DNA of 64,000 nt from Eledone cirrhosa. Taxonomy: Eukaryota. Position numbers and translations under genes: made by a program. The notes under the pieces are model-generated. The model searched no databases, was not told where the DNA came from, and saw only the letters and a program-made list of their open reading frames with translations. This document shows positions 56,781-64,000 of the stretch, in pieces. Position 1 is the first letter of the stretch. Every line of letters begins with the position of its first letter. The stretch lies in the NCBI GenBank assembly GCA_964016885.1, contig OZ024741.1, positions 185,070,001-185,134,000 of the forward strand. Reading direction: 5' to 3'.

Positions 56781-56825
56781 TTTTATAAATATAGTTTCCA
56801 TTTGTTAATATCGTATATATATATA

Positions 56826-56887
<62 letters not shown>

Positions 56888-57025
56888 AAGAGTTAAACAA
56901 AATTCAATGAGTATATCAAAGAATGAGTTTTACAGTAGATTGTAAGCACTCTACGGCAAAATAATTTTCCGAAGTTATTAATATTAGAATACAAATATTA
57001 ATAAAATAGATGTTCTTTTGATCAA

Positions 57026-57086
57026 TTACATTTTATTATACATATTTCGGATGTACAACAGTACGTCCTCATCAGACAAAATATAA
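57026..57086 (-). ncRNA. type I hammerhead ribozyme (inverted copy at 57184-57244, plus)
   Basis: ttatattttgt-CTGATGA-ggacgtac tgtt gtacatcc-GAAA-TATGTA-TA-ataaaatgtaa. Confidence 0.8.
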
Positions 57087-57280
57087 TGATACATGACATA
57101 CCCTGAGATATTAAATGGTTAAGATTTAAGACTACCTTGATTAAATCTTAACCATTTAACATCTCAGGGTATGTCATGTATCATTATATTTTGTCTGATG
57201 ACGACGTACTGTTGTACATCCGAAATATGTATAATAAAATGTAATTGATCAAAAGAACATCTATTTTATTAATATTTATA

Positions 57281-57330
<50 letters not shown>

Positions 57331-57621
57331 AATAAAGATTCAGCGAGAATCGCATTTTCGGCGGGCAGGAAAAAGCGAAGCGAAACGCAAATATCAGACA
57401 TGATACTGGCAAAGTGCTCAATAGTTAAAAACAAGAGCTAAACAATACATATATATAAAGGATTCGGGATCCCGACGTCTAAGCTCCTGCCGCTTATACA
57501 GCTAGATCCGAATCCTTCATATTACCCATTCTACTACCCCAAGTATCGAATACTCTGGGGAGTAATGGTCTAAGTGGTTTTTCCCGCATCCATTCTGATT
57601 CATATATATTTAGATATATAC

Positions 57622-57702
<81 letters not shown>

Positions 57703-57757
57703 TTAAAAAATAATGAATAAAACAAAGAAACAGTTCCTTATATTAAACAAAAAAAGT

Positions 57758-57898
57758 TCATTATTTTACGATCGTTTCTAGGACATATATGTGTTAGAAT
57801 TGGTATGCATATTCAAAAGATCTATGTACAAAATTATACAAACTATCAAGGAGAATATACATACCATCACATATATATGCTGTCTTCAGAAATAATGA
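57758..57898 (-). ncRNA. type I hammerhead with long stem II
   Basis: tcattattt-CTGAAGA-(about 105-nt hairpin)-GAAA-CGATCG-TA-aaataatga. Confidence 0.7.
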
Positions 57899-57958
57899 TG
57901 TATATTTATTGATAATAACAACAATTCAAAATTACAGGTCTGTTTGGGAATATAAATT

Positions 57959-58011
<53 letters not shown>

Positions 58012-58414
58012 ATACTTTGGGAGGGTCGTGTTGCCAATAAGTAACACACGCAGCAGTTGTTTTCACTTCAATTTATTATAAATTAAATTTATAAATTTAG
58101 GAATTTATAAATTTGCGGTTGGTTGGTTCCACAACCAGACGATTGTTCATATATTGTCAAAGTTCTTTCGTCACACATTCTGTGACCTCTTCAGTGACTG
58201 GGGATTATTTTCTTTGTTTTTGTGCCACTCCTTTGTTCTGTCCTACGCCATCTTGTTTTTGTAACATGTAAATAAACAAATAAATAAACAAATATAAACA
58301 CACACAGTCACCCGGATGTAACACATACACAAACTAAGCATACAACACACACAAAAACAAGATGGCGTAGGACATAACAAAGGAGAGGCACAAAAACAAA
58401 GAAAAGAATCCCCA

Positions 58415-58457
58415 GTCACTGAAGAGTTCACAGAGTGTGTGACGAAAGAACTTTGAC
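58415..58457 (+). ncRNA. type I hammerhead (inverted copy at 58156-58198, minus) in fold-back insert 58007-58648
   Basis: gtca-CTGAAGA-gttcaca..tgtgac-GAAA-GAAC-TT-tgac. Confidence 0.65.
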
Positions 58458-58667
58458 AATATGTGAACACTCGTCTGGTTGTGGAACCAACCAACCAACC
58501 GGAAATTTATAAATTCCTAAATTTAAAAATTTAATTTATAATAAATTGAAGTGAAAGTAACTGGTGCGTGTGTTTCTTATTGGCAACACGACCCTCCCAA
58601 AGCATAACAATATCGGTTTCAACACACGTTTTCAGATAAAGAATCTTGCTAAACAAATTCAGAAACG

Positions 58668-58767
<100 letters not shown>

Positions 58768-59448
58768 ATGTATATACATAACGGCGATGAATTTGTTTTG
58801 CAAGGTTTTTCATATGAAATCATGTGTTGACACATTTATTGTTATATTTGGGGAGGATCATATTGTTACCATATTGCCAAAAATAATAATAAAACACACT
58901 CACTTTGGCTTTGGTTGGTTTTCGCTTCCGTATATTGTATATCCCTATAGTTAATTTAGCTGACAATTAATGTTAATAAGGGAAAACTACTAGCAGAAAA
59001 AACAACCTCTGGTGGTTTTCCACTAGCATGTGTAGTGTGTATATTGATATTATACGCAAGTATATAAGCATGGAGATATGATACATCAAATAAAATCGTA
59101 ATTGACAATATACTCAGAAATTGTACGAAGACTGCGTTACACTGTCTTATGTAATCAGTAACGTAATCCATGATACATTAAAAAAAGACGATATTATATA
59201 TAAGCTGCATTAGGAGAAAATTAGTGACGGAAATATACACCGGAAGTGTCGACATTTGAAAATGTTAAAGAAGTGAATCTTTAAATAAATACTAAAATAT
59301 ATTTAATGAACAGCCACGAAATTTAGTAGATAAATTATGTAATATTCATTCATTATTTATTCAAAGTAATCCAACTTATTTTACTAAGGGGTTAAACAAT
59401 TATAAACAGTACGCAATCTCGCGCTTCTTACTTTATTATAATTTAGAT

Positions 59449-59605
59449 ACGAGGGTAATCCCAAAAGTAAGGTCTCTAAAGTGATGGGGACGCAGAGAAA
59501 CTGTCTGTTCGTACGGCTGTTGGCAACATTGTTGTGATTGGTGCTTCCTTCACTCCCAAACAAGCATGCGCGCGCTTCGCTGGGATGCTCGTAGATATAA
59601 CTATA

Positions 59606-59687
<82 letters not shown>

Positions 59688-60400
59688 TATATACATAGTC
59701 TATCAACATTCTTTCTTCATAAACCGGTGACATACGTACTTTCCCTTATTTGTCTATACGAGTGTGAGTGGAAACAGGCACATACACAAACTGAGAGAGA
59801 AGGATGGGGCGGGAAAGAGAAAGCACAACGTATTTATTTGGTGAACATGAAATTGTATGTATGGATGTGAGTACATATATTATGTAAGTCTGTCTGTATG
59901 TATGTATGTATGTATGTATGTGCGTGTGTTGTATGTGTGTGTGTTCGAAATGTGTGCCTCCAACGAAAATGACCATCATAATAGTCAATCACTATAAGTA
60001 ATAGAAACTCGGGTAGTGCACTCGATGAGGCGGAAGGTTGACAGAGGCGCCTACGACGAATCATGCAAGTGGTTCTACTAAGCTGTTGCGAAACTTGTAG
60101 ATAGTTACTTTTAAAAAAAAATGTTTTATGAGTATAAGGAGAATTATAAATAAAATGGTTGACTTCAAAAGCAATGAGAAAATTTGAGATGTTAACGTCC
60201 GAACACCATAATATTAGTATATCATACTAGATAAGAAACTTGCGCTGCCTACCATGGTCGAACGTCGCATCTCTACGATGCCGGACAAATGCGTTAGCAA
60301 CTACGCGTTCTTTTAAGACTATTGGGAAAAATGTAAAACATGAGTTTCCCAAGCAGGATCATTACAAGTGACAATTCCATCTTGTGATGTGCAGCCAAAA
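59449..60400 (+). mobile_element. highly decayed mariner-like remnant
   Basis: TA|CGAGGGTAATCCCAAAAGTAA TIR-like start; downstream aggatcattacaagtgac (RIITSD). Confidence 0.35.
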
Positions 60401-61267
60401 CTACACGATTTAATATATATTCCTCTCCAGAGTGCTGTGATTTGATGGAGATTTGACAGTCATTTACATTAGTATGATCACCTGAGCAGTAAGCCGATTT
60501 GAGCTTAACATAGTGTTGTGGGAAGATATGTTTGAGCAGTGTATGCTTAAGCAAACATGCATAGAACTAATTTAAAGAGATAAGGATGAGGAATATATTA
60601 TAATGTGTTAGGTGCAGGCTAATATATATTATAACATGGAGTCAATTTTTGCGGGGAAATCACTGGTTACTGAGACGCTAGAAGGAGTAGTCACAAACGA
60701 TGAGTGTGTGAAGGAAGGAGGTGAAGGTTTAAGGATTGAACTAAACATTGTTGGAATAGAAGTAAGTTAAACAGGTAAATGGGTTGATCTGGAAATTCGA
60801 ATGTATAAATGTAGACATGTCTATGGTTAACTGTAGAATTTGTGGAATTGATGGATGGGGATGATAGCAGTGTTGATGGATGTGAATGTTGTTATGGCTA
60901 TGGTGGTGGTGAATGTGATGACATGTAGGTGTTGGTGTTGGTTGTAATTGAACTGGTGATGATGGTGATAGTAGCTGTGGTAGTGATGGTGCTGAATTTA
61001 GTATTTTCGAGTGTGATCGCTGAGAATGATGAAGAGTGTGTCGGTGGTGGTGATGAAAATTTCATCTGTGGAGTTTTCAGTGTAAAGAAGAGGTCAAGGA
61101 CATAAGAAAATTGCTGCTTTGACAGGTGACAAATGAACTTACAAAGAAAGGACACAGGAAGTAAAACACACACACATACTTTGCGAGTCCATTTCTCACC
61201 TGTCAAAGCAGCAATTTTCTTATGTCCTTGACCTCTTCTTTACCGAGACACTACAGATAAAATATTC

Positions 61268-61302
<35 letters not shown>

Positions 61303-61518
61303 TATAACGAAGGAGTTGTGGTAAGGAACCAGATGGACCATGACGCACCAGAGTATTCAATACTTAGGGTAGTAGAGTGGGTAATAGGAGAAAGTATGGC
61401 CCCGACGGCAGAGCTGAAGCCGTTTCGACGGCTATTTCTGGACTAAAAAAAACTCTTACTTTAGTCCAGAAATAGCCGTCAAAACGGCTTGAGGTCTGCC
61501 GTCGGGGTCATACTTTCT

Positions 61519-61566
<48 letters not shown>

Positions 61567-61723
61567 TAGTGTTGCCGAAATGAGAATAGAAACGCGGCGA
61601 TGCTAAAAAAACAAAAAAATTACAGGAGAGGACGGCGCTTCGGGCGTAAGTCCATCGCCAGCAAATAGAGAGTGTAGTCAGAGAGCGAGAAGGAGAAGGA
61701 GAGAACATATAGGCACATGAGAG

Positions 61724-61799
<76 letters not shown>

Positions 61800-61801
<2 letters not shown>

Positions 61802-62397
61802 TGGCTGCCAACTCGTTTTCGAGTACGGCCACTACTTTATATCCATGTAGGAGAATCCCTACCGATGCGCTGAACGAGTGTGACTTTTTAGTCCAGCCAG
61901 CGACTTGAAAACTCTGGTACAAACACTACACTTGTGACAATTATTGACGCATAGTGCTGGGCCCATGGTACTATGTGACGACAAGTGCAGAGAGATCTCC
62001 AGATACAATGCAATGCCTGTGCCGTGAAGCTTTTATAGTGAGCAAAGGCACTGCACAAAGCCAGTCACACACTCTTAACCAATATGATATTTACCAAAAA
62101 GAAGAACAAGTCAACATCATTGGATACCATCAGGGTTGCAGGTGTTATATCAGAGTTTTCCTTCTCCTAGAATTCTGCCTTGACAAAGGCTAAGGGGTCA
62201 TCTCTCCCGGTGATTTTGACTCTTAAGAGCTCCTTTTCCCTTTGACAGATTTTGTTTTTGGTCCTGCAGGATGTCCAAAGTCACCCTCCTCACCAAGAAA
62301 CCTTGGCGGGGTTGCCAGTTTAGTCGCCAGCGACCCGACCATGAGACAGGTTGTACTGGGATACATGTTTCCAGTAGCACCAACTGGTGACCTGACA
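61800..62397. mobile_element. GC-richer retroelement-like fragment between TA tracts
   Basis: Composition shift; family not assignable by eye. Confidence 0.35.
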
Positions 62398-62413
62398 TAA
62401 TATATATATATAT

Positions 62414-62500
<87 letters not shown>

Positions 62501-62683
62501 GTTTTAAATTGTCTTGTTTGACGAACGAATGCGGGCGTTTCTTGTATTTGTCTTATTCGGGAAACCTCTCGTAATGAGGTAATTATATTGTATTGTTTAT
62601 TATACATTAAATTTAGCTCTGTAACTTACATAGAGCACTCTTCACTCCTATGACTTTTTCAATTTTCAACGGAAACTTCAATA

Positions 62684-62741
<58 letters not shown>

Positions 62742-62883
62742 CAAAGATTAATATGGTTCGTTGATTATTCAACGAATACAATTTTACAATAGATTAGAAC
62801 CACTCGACAAATAATTTTCCTGGTGTATTTAATATTATTCAAAATATTATTAAATGAAAAATATTCTCATAATCAAAATATAT

Positions 62884-62943
62884 ATTTTATTATACATATT
62901 TCAAAGGTACAATTGTGTTTAAGTGTATTTTCATCAGATAATA
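62884..62943 (-). ncRNA. hammerhead ribozyme candidate (inverted relative at 63014-63080, plus)
   Basis: ttat-CTGATGA-aaa...ttt-GAAA-TATGTA-TA-ataaaatata; same family as 15041. Confidence 0.6.
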
Positions 62944-63128
62944 TATAGGATTGGATATGCGACATACCGCTACGCTTTTGATTATTCAATTCCAATAATG
63001 GCAGTCACTATCTTATATTTTATCTGATGAAAACGTTCATAAACACCATTGTACCTTTGAAATATGTATAATAAAATATATATTTTGATTATGAGAATAT
63101 TTTTCATTTATTAATATTTTGAATAATA

Positions 63129-63726
63129 TCTATATATATATAAAACTGAGGATATCTGTCTGTGTGTGTGTGAGTTTGAATCACTAAAACTTGAGAACCA
63201 CCCAACCGACGCTTTTCAAACTTTACACATGTTTCTGAGAGTGTTCTGAGCAAAAATAAATTTCAAATTCCCAATGCCCTAGGGACCGCATTAGGTGATT
63301 TAGCGACCTCTCTCTATAATTCTTAGTCTTTCTCTTTTTAAATAGATACATACATATAACGTCGCGCCCTTATAATATCTGTCTGTATGTCTGACTGTCT
63401 GTAGTACGTCACTTCCCTGAGGATGTCTGTCTGTGTGTGTGTGTGAGTTTGAATCCCTAAAACTCGAGAAGTACCCAACATACATTTTTCAAACTTTACA
63501 TGTGTATTACTTATGTTTATTAAAAAAATTCAACTTTGTCATCCCCTAGGTGAAAACCTTCATTTTTCCTGTTTCATCGAGGAAAATCTTAAAGATTATC
63601 CAGCCATCAGAGTATTCGGTTTATTTTCTTTACATATTCTCCACGCATGCAGTTTTCCCACGATTAAGTCTTTTGACGGCCCGCATTCCCAAAAACCTTA
63701 TCCTGTGCAACGCCGGGTACCACTGG
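63129..63726 (+). mobile_element. Helitron-like non-autonomous element
   Basis: A|TCTATATATATATAAAA start homologous to 1830; ends cctgtgcaacgccgggtaccaCTGG|T; internal duplication of the head at 63416. Confidence 0.55.
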
Positions 63727-63742
63727 TAGCATATATATATAT

Positions 63743-63819
<77 letters not shown>

Positions 63820-64000
63820 GATAAATCTACCAAAAGTTTACGGTAGTGTCCAATCCGTATGAAGAACTCAATGTAATCCGGATATCATGGAAAGAAGAGA
63901 TGCATTCAAAAATCACTTTCGGTGAAAGATAAACGGAATACAGGGTCAAGATAAAATATTAAAAAAATAATGAATAAAACAATGAAACAGTTCCTTATAT

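Noticed and set aside
62300-62397. HDV-like ribozyme on minus strand (acc-tgtctcat-ggt...ctaaactgg)
   Set aside because: I could not build P1 and P1.1 by eye

Overview
AT-rich, repeat-saturated eukaryotic non-coding DNA, probably cephalopod (Octopus-like; inferred from the tRNA-derived SINEs and dense (TA)n tracts). No intact host gene is visible, and nearly all ORF-track entries are microsatellite or tandem-repeat artefacts. Recognisable relics: a 5'-truncated Penelope-like element (PLE, Neptune-type GIY-YIG), a deleted mariner, a decayed hAT/Buster plus a hAT MITE with perfect 8-bp TSD, RTE, R4-like and Tx1/L1-like fragments, Helitron-like elements and about 20 SINEs. The main signal: by eye the window holds roughly 40 type I hammerhead-ribozyme (HHR) motifs from about 10 sequence families. 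These include one HHR per unit in two near-perfect tandem arrays (about 560 bp and about 470 bp units; retrozyme-like). Most HHR-bearing inserts sit in (TA)n tracts. The two-armed ones share one architecture: left arm sense on minus, right arm sense on plus, both 3' ends facing outward, with the inversion point often at or near the ribozyme. This suggests a PLE-driven, TA-targeted community of ribozyme/circular-RNA parasites. All folds were done by eye and coordinates are approximate; ribozyme activity is untested.
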